Origin: Eledone cirrhosa
Lineage: Eukaryota
NCBI GenBank assembly: GCA_964016885.1
Contig: OZ024752.1
Location: forward strand, 45,384,001-45,448,000
Length of the DNA: 64,000 nucleotides
Direction: 5' to 3'
Under the pieces are notes generated by a model, which saw nothing but the letters and a program-made list of their open reading frames with translations, had not been told where the DNA came from and did not search any database. The translations under genes were made by a program, and so were the position numbers. Positions 12,584-27,410 of the stretch are shown piece after piece (positions within the stretch are counted from its first letter, which is position 1; each line of letters begins with the position of its first letter).

Positions 12584-12970
12584 GTGAGGTGAGTGAGTGA
12601 GGTGAGTGAGGTGAGTGAGTGAGGTGAGTGAGGTGAGTGAGGTGAGTGAGGTGAGTGAGTGAGGTGAGTGAGTGAGTGAGGTGAGTGAGTGAGGTGAGTG
12701 AGTGAGGTGAGTGAGGTGAGGTGAGTGAGGTGAGGTGAGTGAGGTGAGGTGAGTGAGGTGAGTGAGGTGAGTGAGTGAGGTGAGTGAGTGAGGTGAGGTG
12801 AGTGAGGTGAGGTGAGTGAGGTGAGTGAGTGAGTGAGGTGAGGTGAGTGAGTGAGGTGAGTGAGTGAGGTGAGTGAGGTGAGTGAGGTGAGTGAGGTGAG
12901 TGAGTGAGTGAGGTGAGTGAGTGAGTGAGGTGAGTGAGTGAGGTGAGTGAGTGAGGTGAGTGAGTGAGTG
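12584..12970. repeat. (GTGA/GTGAG)n compound microsatellite just downstream of the exon donor
   Basis: Direct inspection; contains dozens of AG|GTGAGT motifs. Confidence 0.9.
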
Positions 12971-13198
12971 TATGTATATATTGTGTGTGAGTGTATGTAT
13001 ATATTGTGTGTGTGTGTATGCATATATATTGTGTGTGTATCTGTGTACATGTGTGTGTATGTGTGTGTATGTGTCCATGTGTATGTGTGCGAGTGTGTAT
13101 GTAAAAGATAGTCTGATATGACTTTAACTATTTCCCTCTCATATACCTGTCTGAGACAGCATACGACATAGTTCTATATATGTGTATATATATATATG

Positions 13199-13245
<47 letters not shown>

Positions 13246-13264
13246 GTATATATATGTGTATATA

Positions 13265-13312
<48 letters not shown>

Positions 13313-13452
13313 TAACAGATTAAAGTTTAAGCAAAGAATCGCTGGTTATTTTAATAAATCTTTGCTCTACGGTTTTTATATATTTGATATATATTTATCC
13401 TTATCGAGCCCTCTTTGGATTTTAGTCTTCAAATCTATTATTATTACTATTA

Positions 13453-13489
<37 letters not shown>

Positions 13490-13879
13490 ATGTGTGTGTG
13501 TGTGTGCCACACAGAAAGACATGTGACATGGCACTATACATACATGTGTATGTGAGACACAAACTGACAAAACATGTGACATGATATTGCTGTTATAGTA
13601 AAACAGCTGCGGTAAAAACAGTTATGGTAAAACAGTTACAGTAAAACAGTTTTGGTGAAACAGTTACAGTAAAACAGTTTTGGTGAAACAGTTATGGTAA
13701 AACAGTTTTGGTAAAACAGTTTTGGTGAAACAGTTATGATAAAACAGCATCAGTAAAAGACTTCTGGAAAATCGGTTCTGGTTAAATATTTATATATGTT
13801 TGTGTATTATTTGTAATATATATATTTTTATCTGCAGTGAAAATCGTAATAAAAATGTCACATATGCTTTAGCATTCTA

Positions 13880-14074
13880 CGTACACACACACACACACAT
13901 ACACACACACATATACACACACACACATACACACACACACATACATATACACACACATACACACACATACACACACATATGTATGCACATATAAGAATGT
14001 GATTATTGTCTCCCTTAGTATTTTTACATACATACACAGACATATACACACATACATACGCATACACACACATA

Positions 14075-14106
<32 letters not shown>

Positions 14107-16258
14107 TACACACACACATACACACACACACACATACACATACACACACACACATACACCTATACAGATATACATCAATGTAATTATATTTGTATACACT
14201 CACACACCCACACACCAACACACCAACACATCCACACACCCACACATCCACACATACACACACCCACACACCCACACACCAACACACCCACACACTCACA
14301 CACCAACCCACACCCACACACCAACACATCCATGCATCCACACACCAACCCACACCACCACACCAACACACCAACACACACCAACACACACCAACACACA
14401 CCAACACACCCACACACCCACACACCCACACACCCACACACCAACACACCCACACACCAACACACACCCACACACACCCACACACCCACACACCAACACA
14501 TACCAACACACACCAACACACCAACACACACACCCACACACCCACACACACCCACACACCCACACACACCAACACACCCACACACCAACACACCCACACA
14601 CCCACACACCCACACACCCACACACTCACACACCCACACACCCACACACCCACACACCCACACACACCAACACACCAACACACACACCAACACACCAACA
14701 CACACACCAACACACACCAACACACAAACACACCAACACACCAACACACACCAACACACACCAACACACAAACACACCAACACACCAACACACACCAACA
14801 CACACCAACACACACCAACACACCAACACACAAACACACAAACACACAAACACACAAACACACCAACACACCAACACACCAACACACCAACACACCCACA
14901 CACCCACACACCCACACACAAACACACCCACACACCCACACACCCACACCCACACACCCACACACACCCACACATACCCACACACACCAACACACACCAA
15001 CACCCACCCACACACACCAACACAAACCCACACACACAAACACACACACCAACACACACCAACACACCAACACACACACCCACACACCCACCCACACACC
15101 CACCCACACACCCACACACCAACACACCCACACACACCAACACACACCAACACACCAACACACACACCAACACACACCAACACACAAACACACCAACACA
15201 CACCAACACACACCAACACACCCACACACCCACACACACCAACACACACCAACACACACCAACACACCCACACACCCACACACACCAACACACACCAACA
15301 CAAACCCACACACACAAACACACACCCACACACCAACACACACCAACACACACCAACACACACCCACACACACCAACACACACCAACACACACCCACACA
15401 CACCAACACACACCCACACACACCAACACACACCCACACACACCAACACACACCAACACACACCAACACACACCAACACAAACCCACACACACAAACACA
15501 CACCCACACACCAACACACACCAACACACACCAACACACACCCACACACACACCAACACACACCAACACACCCACACACCAACACACCCACACACCAACA
15601 CACACCCACACACACCAACATACACCCACACACCAACACACACCAACACACACACCAACACACACCAACACACACCAACACACACACCAACACACACCAA
15701 CATACACCCACACACCAACACACACCAACATACACCCACACACCAACACACACCAACACACACCAACACACCAACACACACCAACACACACACCAACACA
15801 CACCAACATACACCCACACACCAACACACACCAACATACACCCACACACCAACACACACCAACATACACCCACACACCAACACACACCAACACACACCAA
15901 CACACCAACACACACCAACACACACACCAACACACACCAACATACACCAACACACCAACACACACACCAACACACACCAACACACACCCACACACACCAA
16001 CATACACCAACACACACCAACACACACCAACACACACCCACACACACCCACACACACCAACACACACCAACACACACCAACACACACCCACACACACCCA
16101 CACACACCCACACACACCCACACACACCAACACACACCCACACACACCAACACACACCCACACACACCCACACACACACCAACACACACCAACACACACA
16201 CCAACACACACCAACACACACCAACACACACACCCACACACACCAACACACCAACACA
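13880..16258. repeat. (CA)n-derived complex microsatellite (cacaccaa/cacaccca variants)
   Basis: Direct inspection; source of the H/T/P and V/C/G ORFs of about 750 aa. Confidence 0.95.
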
Positions 16259-16654
16259 TCAATTAAACAAACAAAACAAAACAAAACAAAACAAAAAAAA
16301 AGCTGGGTTCACAGAAATTTATGAATTTCTTAAAAAAAAAAAAAAAGTCATTCGAAATTGTTATACATTTTATTGTATAATCCGTTCTTCATTACAAAAG
16401 AAGGTTTACTATTGTGTTTGACGGGTTTGACGGGTTTGACGGCCCAGCCAAGTTCTGCCATGTTGACATCAATCAACTTTTGTGGCTATTGCTCTCTTGT
16501 ATTCTTTTTACTGCTCCGAGGAGGGAAGGGTGTTTACAGGAAGCAAAGTGTAAGTACTGGGCTGAACCTTTCCTGTTGAGCTCTATAGCTTCGTGAGTGC
16601 CTACAGTACAGTTGATGGGTGTCTTCATGCTTGTTGTACATAGGCCTTATATTA

Positions 16655-16696
<42 letters not shown>

Positions 16697-17327
16697 GTGT
16701 ATATTATATGTGTATATGTGTATATTATATGTGTATATATGTATAAATATATATATGTATATATATGTATATATATGTATAAATATATATATATGTATGT
16801 ATATATGTATAAATATATATATGTATGTATATATGTATAAATATATATATGTATGTATATATGTATAAATATATATATGTATGTATATATATATGTATAC
16901 ATATATATATATGTAAATATGTATATATATATATATACATATATATATGTATAAATATATATATGTGTATATATATATTTATATTACATATATTATATAT
17001 ATATGTGTATGTATGTATATATGTATGTATGTGCATATATATATATATGTATGTGTATATATATGTATATATATGTCTACATATATATATATATATGTAT
17101 ACATCTATGTATATATATGTCTACAAATATGTATGTTATATATGTCTACATATATGTACATATGTATACATATATATATGTATACATATATATATATATA
17201 TATATATACATACATATATATATGTATACATATATATATATACATGCATATATATATATATATATATACATGCATATATATATATTTATACATACATATA
17301 TATATGTATACATATATATATACATGC

Positions 17328-17360
<33 letters not shown>

Positions 17361-17382
17361 TATATACATATTTACATACATA

Positions 17383-17418
<36 letters not shown>

Positions 17419-17598
17419 AATATTTACATACATATATATATACATATATATACATATATATATATATACATATATATACATATATATTTATATACATACA
17501 TATATATACATATATATACATATATATTTATATACATACATATATATATATAGATATATATACATATATATCTATACATATATATTTATATACATACA

Positions 17599-17673
<75 letters not shown>

Positions 17674-18106
17674 TTGGCAGTAGCAAACCTATGGAATATA
17701 AATTATGTTTTTGTCATGTTTGGGCTGACATTTGTTTTGTATTTGTATACCTTTCACACACTAACAATACTTCAACATAAACACACACACACACATACAT
17801 ACATACATACACACACATACTTATACACATACATAAATCTGTCCGTATTACTAATATTGACATGTATGTTAAATATATACACACCCCATTTTGTAAATAT
17901 GACTATTGACATCATTTTAATCATTTTCATAAGTATAATTACATTGATGAATATAGAATGTATACACATGTATATACACACATATATACACATATATAAA
18001 TACTTTCATATATACACTAAACCACATATCATTAACTTTCATTATGCATGCATGCAAATGAGATATGTTTGTAAGCATGTGAGTATAAACATATATAAAT
18101 ATATAT

Positions 18107-18173
<67 letters not shown>

Positions 18174-18176
<3 letters not shown>

Positions 18177-18461
18177 ATTGAGTAATATCAAGTATTACCC
18201 AGTTACAAGTATGAATATAGCTCGATGTAATATAACGAGTATAATACAGAGCTGAAATACAATATAAAAAATAATCAAAGAGTATTTAATCTTTCAAACA
18301 TTTAATAACTAACAATCGTTTCATCCTAGAACAAAACGGATTTCTTCAGAGTTATTATAAAAATTAAATACAAATATTCCTGCCATGTGCTAGGATGAAA
18401 CGGTCATTAGTTATTAAATGTGTGAAAGATTAAATACTCTTTGATTATTATTTATATTGTA
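18174..18461 (-). mobile_element. Hairpin/tail element with hammerhead (arms 18258-18329 and 18390-18461, tail to the left next to (TA)n)
   Basis: Inverted arms of about 70 bp. The tail end aatatcaagtattacccagttacaagta recurs at about 57040-57068. Confidence 0.75.
18303..18357 (-). ncRNA. Type I hammerhead ribozyme-like motif
   Basis: Reverse complement: taataact-CTGAAGA-aatcc-gttttgttcta-ggat-GAAAC-gatt-GTT-agttatta. Stem I is a perfect 8 bp. Confidence 0.75.
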
Positions 18462-18951
18462 TATTTATACATATATCTGTGTGTGTGTATGTATGTGTGT
18501 GTGTGTGTACTTCTACTAGCCTATACACTACCTAATGCACTGTAGCTACCTATATCCTTAGAAACACACCTGTATCTATTTGTTGACATATTTACCTCAA
18601 ATTTATAACTATTCCTCCATATAATTATTTTCTTAATTATTTCCCTGCTTATCCATTTGTCTGCTTAGGTATATGCCAATTAATTTGCCTCCTTAATTAA
18701 AGACTGTCTTATTGACTTGCTTATTATTTCAACACGTACTTTAACACATCCTACTTTATATCATTGTCCATCTATATATACTCACGCATACATCCTGCTA
18801 TATACTAAACTGTGAATATACATACATACACATACACTGCCACATGCACACACAACACACACACACACACACTGCCACACACACACACACACACACACAT
18901 ACATACATGCATGCATGCATACATACATACATTTATATATATATATATATG

Positions 18952-18991
<40 letters not shown>

Positions 18992-19297
18992 CACACACAC
19001 ACACACACACACATAAATGCATGCATACATACATACATACATTTATATATATATATATATATGTATATATATACACACACACACACAAAATGTTGTTAAG
19101 ACATGGTTACTTTTACACAATTGTTTTATTACATAATATATATTTTAGTTACATGGTTATGCAATTGTTATAACATTGACTGTCTCCATGTGATATCATC
19201 AGATGCTTATATAAAGATAGCTTATAAATCTGTATCGGTCATTGCCTTTCCCTTAGACAACATCGGGGGTGTGGAGAATGAAGACTGGTATTCATAG

Positions 19298-21385
19298 GGA
19301 AGTCCATACTGTAAAGTGGTCATGTAGGTGTCACAACAAAAAGTACCCAGTCCACACTGGAAAGTGGTCATGTAGGTGTCACAACAAAAAGCACCCAATC
19401 CACACTGTAAAGTGGTCGTGTTGGTGTCACAACAAAAAGTACCCAGTCCACACGGTAAAGTGGTCATGTTGGTGTCACAACAAAAAGTACCCAGTCCACA
19501 CTGTAAAGTGGGTCGTGTTGGTGTCACAACAAAAAGTACCCAGTCCACACTGTAAAGTGGTCGTGTTGGTGTCACAACAAAAAGCACCCAATCCACACTA
19601 TAAAGTGGTCGTGTTGGTGTCACAACAAAAAGTACCCATTCCACACTGTAAAGTGGTCGTGTTGGTGTCACAACAAAAAGTACCCAGTCCACACTGTAAA
19701 GTGGTCGTGTAGGTGTCACAACAAAAAGTACCCATTCCACACTGTAAAGTGGTCGTGTTGATGTCACAACAAAAAGTACACAGTCCACACGGTAAAGTGG
19801 TCGTGTTGGTGTCACAACAAAAAGTACCCAGTCCACACTGTAAAGTGGTCGTGTTGGTGTCACAACAAAAAGTACCCAGTCCACACTGTAAAGTGGTCGT
19901 GTTGGTGTCACAACAAAAAGTACCCAGTCCACACTGTAAAGTGGTCGTGTTGGTGTCACAACAAAAAGTACCCAGTCCACACTGTAAAGTGGTTGTGTTG
20001 GTGTCACAACAAAAAGTACCCATTCCATACTGTAAAGTGGTCGTGTTGGTATCACAACAAAAAGTACCCATTCCACACTGTAAAGTGGTCATGTTGGTGT
20101 CACAACAAAAAGCACCCAGTCCACACTGTAAAATGGTTGTGTTGGTGTCACATCAAAAAGTACCCAGTCCACACGGTAAAGTGGTTGTGTTGGTGTCACA
20201 ACAAAAAGTACCCAGTCCACACTGTAAAGTGGTCGTGTAGGTGTCACAACAAAAAGTACCCAGTCCACACTGTAAAGTGGTCGTGTTGGTGTCACAACAA
20301 AAAGTACCCAGTCCACACTGTAAAGTGGTCGTGTTGGTGTCACAACAAAAAGTACCCAGTCCACACTGTAAAGTGGTCGTGTAGGTGTCACAACAAAAAG
20401 TACCCATTCCACACTGTAAAGTGGTCGTGTTGATGTCACAACAAAAAGTACCCAGTCCACACGGTAAAGTGGGTCGTGTTGGTGTCACAACAAAAAGTAC
20501 CCAGTCCACACTGTAAAGTGGTTGTGTTGGTGTCACAACAAAAAGTACCCAGTCCACACTGTAAAGTGGTCGTGTTGGTGTCACAACAAAAAGTACCCAG
20601 TCCACACTGTAAAGTGGTCGTGTTGGTGTCACAACAAAAAGTACCCAGTCCACACTGTAAAGTGGTCGTGTAGGTGTCACAACAAAAAGTACCCATTCCA
20701 CACTGTAAAGTGCTCGTGTTGGTATCACAACAAAAAGTACCCATTCCACACTGTAAAGTGGTCATGTTGGTGTCACAACAAAAAGCACCCAGTCCACACT
20801 GTAAAATGGTTGTGTTGGTGTCACATCAAAAAGTACCCAGTCCACACTGTAAAGTGGTTGTGTTGGTGTCACAACAAAAAGTACCCAGTCCACACTGTAA
20901 AGTGGTCGTGTTGGTGTCACAACAAAAAGTACCCAGTCCACACTGTAAAGTGGTCGTGTTGGTGTCACAACAAAAAGTACCCATTCCACACTGTAAAGTG
21001 GTCGTGTTGGTATCACAACAAAAAGTACCCATTCCACACTGTAAAGTGGTCATGTTGGTGTCACAACAAAAAGCACCCAGTCCACACTGTAAAGTGGTTG
21101 TGTTGGTGTCACATCAAAAAGTACCCAGTCCACACTGTAAAGTGGTTGTGTTGGTGTCACAACAAAAAGTACCCAGTCCACACTGTAAAGTGGTCGTGTT
21201 GGTGTCACAACAAAAAGTACCCAGTCCACACTGTAAAGTGGTCGTGTTGGTGTCACAACAAAAAGTACCCAGTCTACACTGTAAAGTGGTCGTGTTGGTG
21301 TCACAACAAAAAGCACCCAGTCCACACTGTAAAGTGGTCGTGTTGGTGTCACAACAAAAAGCACCCAGTCCACTCTGTAAAGTGG
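19298..21385. repeat. 48-bp minisatellite, about 43 copies, continuous with a SINE-like repeat body
   Basis: Unit gtcacaacaaaaagtacccagtccacactgtaaagtggtcgtgttggt. It runs into ...gtggttggcattaggaaagcatccagccatagaaa, also seen reversed at about 5160-5230 and 38277-38308. Confidence 0.9.
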
Positions 21386-23535
21386 TTGGCATTAGGAAAG
21401 CATCCAGCCATAGAAAGTAGCCAAAACCAGTTCTGTATAAGCAAGACACAAATGTGAGGCTTATATATATATATATGTTTATGTGCTTGTATATACGTGT
21501 GTGCATGTATCTGCATATGTATGTGAGTATGTATGTTTGTGTATGTGTGAACACAGACAAGAGAGTGTATAATCACACAGGGGTTTGTGTCCCTTAAAAT
21601 AAAAACTGAAAGTAGGACAAGATATGGTGGAAGCTCATTGTACGGACTGTATCTAGAATTCAAAATGTCGGTCTTGTCACATACACTGTGTTATGCTGAA
21701 TCTCCCTGAGAATTATGTTAATGTCTGTAGAATTCTCAACAAATTACAATATAATGGAAGATGAAAGGTATTTGTAATTCATTAAAATTGTTTACAGTGC
21801 TCAGGTGCACTACAATTTCAAAATCTCCTCAAATTTTCATTAGAAATATGGTAACAAAAGAGTAAAAGTGTTTATATTTATCTTAAAACTTGCCCTCATA
21901 ATTTTATGTATGAACCTTTGTTACATTCTAAGCATCAACCTATTAGTGAGAAAGTTTGTTATATAAAATATCTTGAAATTCTTGATTATTTTCGAAATGT
22001 TTTGAAAATCATAGGCAGTGTCTTTCATTAGAATTATAGTAACAAAAGGGTTAATGTATTTATATTTATCTAAAAACCTACCATCATAATTTTATGTAAG
22101 AACCTTTGTTAATTTATGTTCCAAACACCAACAGTGTCTTTCATTAGAAATATAGTAACAAAAAGGTTAAAGTGTTTATATTTATCTAAAAACCTTCCAT
22201 CATAATTTTACATAAGAACCTTTGTTAAGTTATATTCCAAACATCAATTTAATAACATGCAAGTTAGCTGTGTTACTAGATTCTTTCAGTGACTTTCATT
22301 AGAAATATGGTAACAAAAGAGTTCAATCTTCATTTAATGTCAGGATGATGCTCCACTGTCCATAATGGATCATTTTATATTCCTGTTCTTCTCATCCCAA
22401 CCTTCCTCATTAGTTTTCCAAGTTCAACACTGAACTCTATTTAATGGTCGAGAAAAAAAAGGCTGATGTTTTTTTTATATTAATGACTTTTAAAATAGTC
22501 TTCAGCGCATTGTATGTAGATGGTTGAAATTGTTGTTGTTGTTTTTGTTTAGCCCTAAGTAAACCATATTGAGCAGGCCTATGATCAAAGGGTTCTGCCT
22601 GAAATGTGAGACTTTTCCTCTTCCTCATGGTAAACCAATTTATTCCACTTTTGAAGTGTCTGTGTATAATCCAAGACATTTGCTAGCGATGTCTTTTATA
22701 GATATTTTCTTCCATTTAAATATTTTACAATGTGAGCTTTTGGTGATGGTGAAACTGTTTTGCATGTAGTTGTAGTTTACATTTTGTTTGTTTTAATGTT
22801 GAATTTGGAGGATTTTAAATAATATAGAAATCCTTCATTAAAAATTTTGTTAAAAGACTTTTCTCTAATGAGGAGACGTAGTACTCATAGCTTTACAATT
22901 CTTGCCAGATTGATGGGGTCAATGCAGTTGATTTCATCAACTTATTGAAGTTGGTTCTTGTTCTTGTCTATAGGAACACATGAGCAGGTATGGAGCTCCA
23001 GAGAGTTGAAATTCTCTGGGTAAAGGTTTCAATAAACTCTTTAAGTGCAGAATTTCGGTGGTTTAGAGAAACAGAACATTTTATAGCTGCTGTAGAAATA
23101 AATTTATATTACAAATATAGTCAAAACTAGAAAAGAAACTAGGACCATCACTCACAATCACGAATGACTTGATAGTATATACCAGGGGTACTAAAATGGT
23201 ACTTTCTTTACCAACCCCAAAAGCAATAAAATCCTTGGTGGGATTTGAACTCAGAGTACAGAAAAACCATAAAAATACCCAACATTTTAACAACTCTGCC
23301 AAATCAACTGACTTAGTAATTTGGGTAGGTTACTGATAGTTCTAGACTGTGAAGGAAATGAGTTAATATTGTTTTTCCTGATGTTTGTGAAGTGAATTGT
23401 TTGTTTCAAAAGGTTTTACAGCTTTTATTTGTTGTGAATGTTTCGGTACCTTTTTTTCTTTTCAATTTGTTATTCTACTATCATTAAAAGTTGAGATCAC
23501 TAAAAGGTGCTGTAGCTGTCTACTTATATATTAAG

Positions 23536-25700
23536 GTGTCTGTCAAACAGTATAGCTATATATATGGTGTCTGTCAAACAGTATAGCTATATAGATATGG
23601 TGTCTGTCAAACAGTATAGCTATATAGATATGGTGTCTGTCAAACAGTATAGCTATATATATGGTGTCTGTCAAACAGTATAGCTATAGATATGGTGTCT
23701 GTCAAACAGTATAGCTATAGATATGGTGTCTGTCAAACAGTATAGCTATAGATATGGTGTCTGTCAAACAGTATAGCTATAGATATGGTGTCTGTCAAAC
23801 AGTAGAGCTATAGATATGGTGTCTGTCAAACAGTATAGCTATATAGATATGGTGTCTATCAAACAGTATAGCTATATAGATATGGTGTCTGTCAAACAGT
23901 ATAGCTATATAGATATGGTGTCTGTCAAACAGTATAGCTATAGATATGGTGTCTGTCAAACAGTATAGCTATAGATATGGTGTCTGTCAAACAGTATAGC
24001 TATAGATATGGTGTCTGTCAAACAGTATAGCTATAGATATGGTGTCTGTCAAACAGTATAGCTATAGATATGGTGTCTGTCAAACAGTATAGCTATATAG
24101 ATATGGTGTCTATCAAACAGTATAGCTATATAGATATGGTGTCTGTCAAACAGTATAGCTATAGATATGGTGTCTGTCAAACAGTATAGCTATAGATATG
24201 GTGTCTGTCAAACAGTATAGCTATAGATATGGTGTCTGTCAAACAGTATAGCTATAGATATGGTGTCTGTCAAACAGTATAGCTATATAGATATGGTGTC
24301 TATCAAACAGTATAGCTATATAGATATGGTGTCTGTCAAACAGTATAGCTATAGATATGGTGTCTGTCAAACAGTATAGCTATAGATATGGTGTCTGTCA
24401 AACAGTATAGCTATAGATATGGTGTCTGTCAAACAGTATAGCTATATAGATATGGTGTCTATCAAACAGTATAGCTATATAGATATGGTGTCTGTCAAAC
24501 AGTATAGCTATAGATATGGTGTCTATCAAACAGTATAGCTATATAGATATGGTGTCTGTCAAACAGTATAGCTATAGATATGGTGTCTGTCAAACAGTAT
24601 AGCTATAGATATGGTGTCTGTCAAACAGTATAGCTATAGATATGGTGTCTGTCAAACAGTATAGCTATAGATATGGTGTCTGTCAAACAGTATAGCTATA
24701 TAGATATGGTGTCTGTCAAACAGTATAGCTATATATATGGTGTCTGTCAAACAGTATAGCTATATAGATATGGTGTCTGTCAAACAGTATAGCTATATAG
24801 ATATGGTGTCTGTCAAACAGTATAGCTATATAGATATGGTGTCTGTCAAACAGTATAGCTATATATATGGTGTCTGTCAAACAGTATAGCTATAGATATG
24901 GTGTCTGTCAAACAGTATAGCTATATAGATATGGTGTCTGTCAAACAGTATAGCTATATAGATATGGTGTCTGTCAAACAGTATAGCTATAGATATGGTG
25001 TCTGTCAAACAGTATAGCTATATAGATATGGTGTCTGTCAAACAGTATAGCTATAGATATGGTGTCTGTCAAACAGTATAGCTATAGATATGGTGTCTGT
25101 CAAACAGTATAGCTATAGATATGGTGTCTGTCAAACAGTATAGCTATATAGATATGGTGTCTGTCAAACAGTATAGCTATAGATATGGTGTCTGTCAAAC
25201 AGTATAGCTATAGATATGGTGTCTGTCAAACAGTATAGCTATATAGATATGGTGTCTGTCAAACAGTATAGCTATATATATGGTGTCTGTCAAACAGTAT
25301 AGCTATATAGATATGGTGTCTGTCAAACAGTATAGCTATAGATATGGTGTCTGTCAAACAGTATAGCTATATAGATATGGTGTCTGTCAAACAGTATAGC
25401 TATAGATATGGTGTCTGTCAAACAGTATAGCTATAGATATGGTGTCTGTCAAACAGTATAGCTATAGATATGGTGTCTGTCAAACAGTAGAGCTATAGAT
25501 ATGGTGTCTGTCAAACTGTGTGGCTGTATATTGGATATCTGTCAAACAATATAACTATATATGTTGTGTGTCAAACAGTATGACTGTATATTGGGAGTCT
25601 GTCAAACAGTGTAGCTACTTATTAAGTAACTGTCAAACAGTAAAACTATCTATTTGGTATCTGTGAACACAATAGCAAACCTATTGGGTATCCATCAAAC
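23536..25700. repeat. 31/33-bp minisatellite (gatatggtgtctgtcaaacagtatagctata[ta]), more than 60 copies, degenerating after about 25520
   Basis: Direct tandem periodicity. Confidence 0.95.
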
Positions 25701-25813
25701 ACTTGATGAAGGCAATAACTAGATACTGTTGTTATCAGTTATTCATATATATTATTTACAGTACCCCTGAAGGTGTCAGGCCAGATAATATTGTAGAAAT
25801 CTATATGAAAGAA

Positions 25814-26252
25814 AAATAAAAAATAAAACTTTTTTTCGCTCTACATGGCTGAATACAATAAATGTAATCCAAGCTTTTCGAATATTAATAATAACATTTG
25901 ATTTGTTTGCAATTATGCAAACAAGCCTCAACTTTATAGCCATGTCAGTAGAATGAACTCTTCATTCTTGCTCTTGTGTTGGCATGTAAACAGAACTCCA
26001 GACACTAATGTTTCTAATATCATATATTTTCACTAGCTCTGACAGTTTGGCAGGTGAACAGTGAGCTGTACTGATGAAGGGTGATACCCGGAAACATTAG
26101 TGTCTGCAGTTCTGTTCACATGCCAACACAAGGGCAAGAATGAAGGGTTCAGTCTACTGACATGGCTATAAAATTGAGGCTTGTTTGCATAATTGCAAAC
26201 GAATCAAATCTTATTATTAATATTCGAAAAACTTAGATTACATTTATTGTAT
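25814..26252. mobile_element. Hairpin/tail element with arms of about 160 bp and a candidate 10-bp target-site duplication
   Basis: Arms at 25853-26014 and 26091-26252; tatgaaagaa occurs at both 25804-25813 and 26250-26259. Confidence 0.75.
26047..26126 (+). ncRNA. Type I hammerhead ribozyme with extended stem I; predicted cleavage after C26104
   Basis: ttggcaggtgaacag-tg-agctgta-CTGATGA-a-gggt-gat-accc-g-GAAAC-a-ttag-t-GTC-tgcagtt-ctgttcacatgccaa. Confidence 0.85.
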
Positions 26253-26256
26253 GAAA

Positions 26257-27410
26257 GAAGCAGTCTAGAAACAGTACTTTATTCCCCATACTTTGCTATA
26301 TATCTATATGAAGCAGTGTAGAAACAGTACTTTATTCCCCATACTTCGCTATATATCTATAAGAAGCAGTCTAGAAACAGTACTTTATTGCCCATACTTC
26401 GCTATATATCTATAAGAAGCAGTCTAGAAACAGTACTTTATTCCCCATACTTCGCTATATATCTATATGAAGCAGTGTAGAAACAGTACTTTATTCCCCA
26501 TACTTCGCTATATATCTATATGAAGCAGTCTAGAAACAGTATTTTATTCCCCATACTTCGCTATATATCTATAAGAAGCAGTGTAGAAACAGTACTTTAT
26601 TCCCCATACTTCGCTATATATCTATATAAAGCAGTGTAGAAACAGTACTTTATTCCCCATACTTCGCTATATATCTATAAGAAGCAGTGTAGAAACTACT
26701 TTATTCCCCATACTTCGCTATATATCTATAAGAAGCAGTGTAGAAACTACTTTATTCCCCATACTTCGCTATATATCTATAAGAAGCAGTGTAGAAACTA
26801 CTTTATTCCCCATACTTCGCTATATATCTATAAGAAGCAGTGTAGAAACTACTTTATTCCCCATACTTCGCTATATATCTATAAGAAGCAGTGTAGAAAC
26901 TACTTTATTCCCCATACTTCGCTATATATCTATATGAAGCAGTGTAGAAACAGTACTTTATTCCCCATACTTCGCTATATATCTATAAGAAGCAGTGTAG
27001 AAACTACTTTATTCCCCATACTTTGCTATATATCTATATGAAGCAGTGTAGAAACAGTACTTTATTCCCCATACTTCGCTATATATCTATATGAAGCAGT
27101 GTGGAAACAGTACTTTATTCCCCATACTTCGCTATATATCAATATGAAGCAGTGTAGAAACAGTACTTTATTCCCCATATTTCGCTATATATCTATATGA
27201 AGCAGTGTAGAAACAGTACTTTATTCCCCATACTTCGCTATATATCTATATGAAGCAGTGTAGAAACAGTACTTTATTCCCCATACTTCGCTATATATCT
27301 ATAAGAAGCAGTGTAGAAACAGTACTTTATTCCCCATACTTCGCTATATATCTATATGAAGCAGTGTAGAAACAGTACTTTATTCCCCATGCTTCGCTAT
27401 ATATCTATTA
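26257..27410. repeat. 51/53-bp minisatellite, about 22 copies
   Basis: Unit gaagcagtgtagaaac(ag)tactttattccccatacttcgctatatatctata(t/a). Confidence 0.95.

Noticed and set aside
13999-16421. ORFs of about 750 aa rich in H/T/P or V/C/G
   Set aside because: Pure (CA)n-derived microsatellite, open in all frames.
19222-27410. Regular 31-53 bp arrays superficially resembling CRISPR
   Set aside because: Head-to-tail units with no unique spacers, no cas genes, and a eukaryotic intron context.
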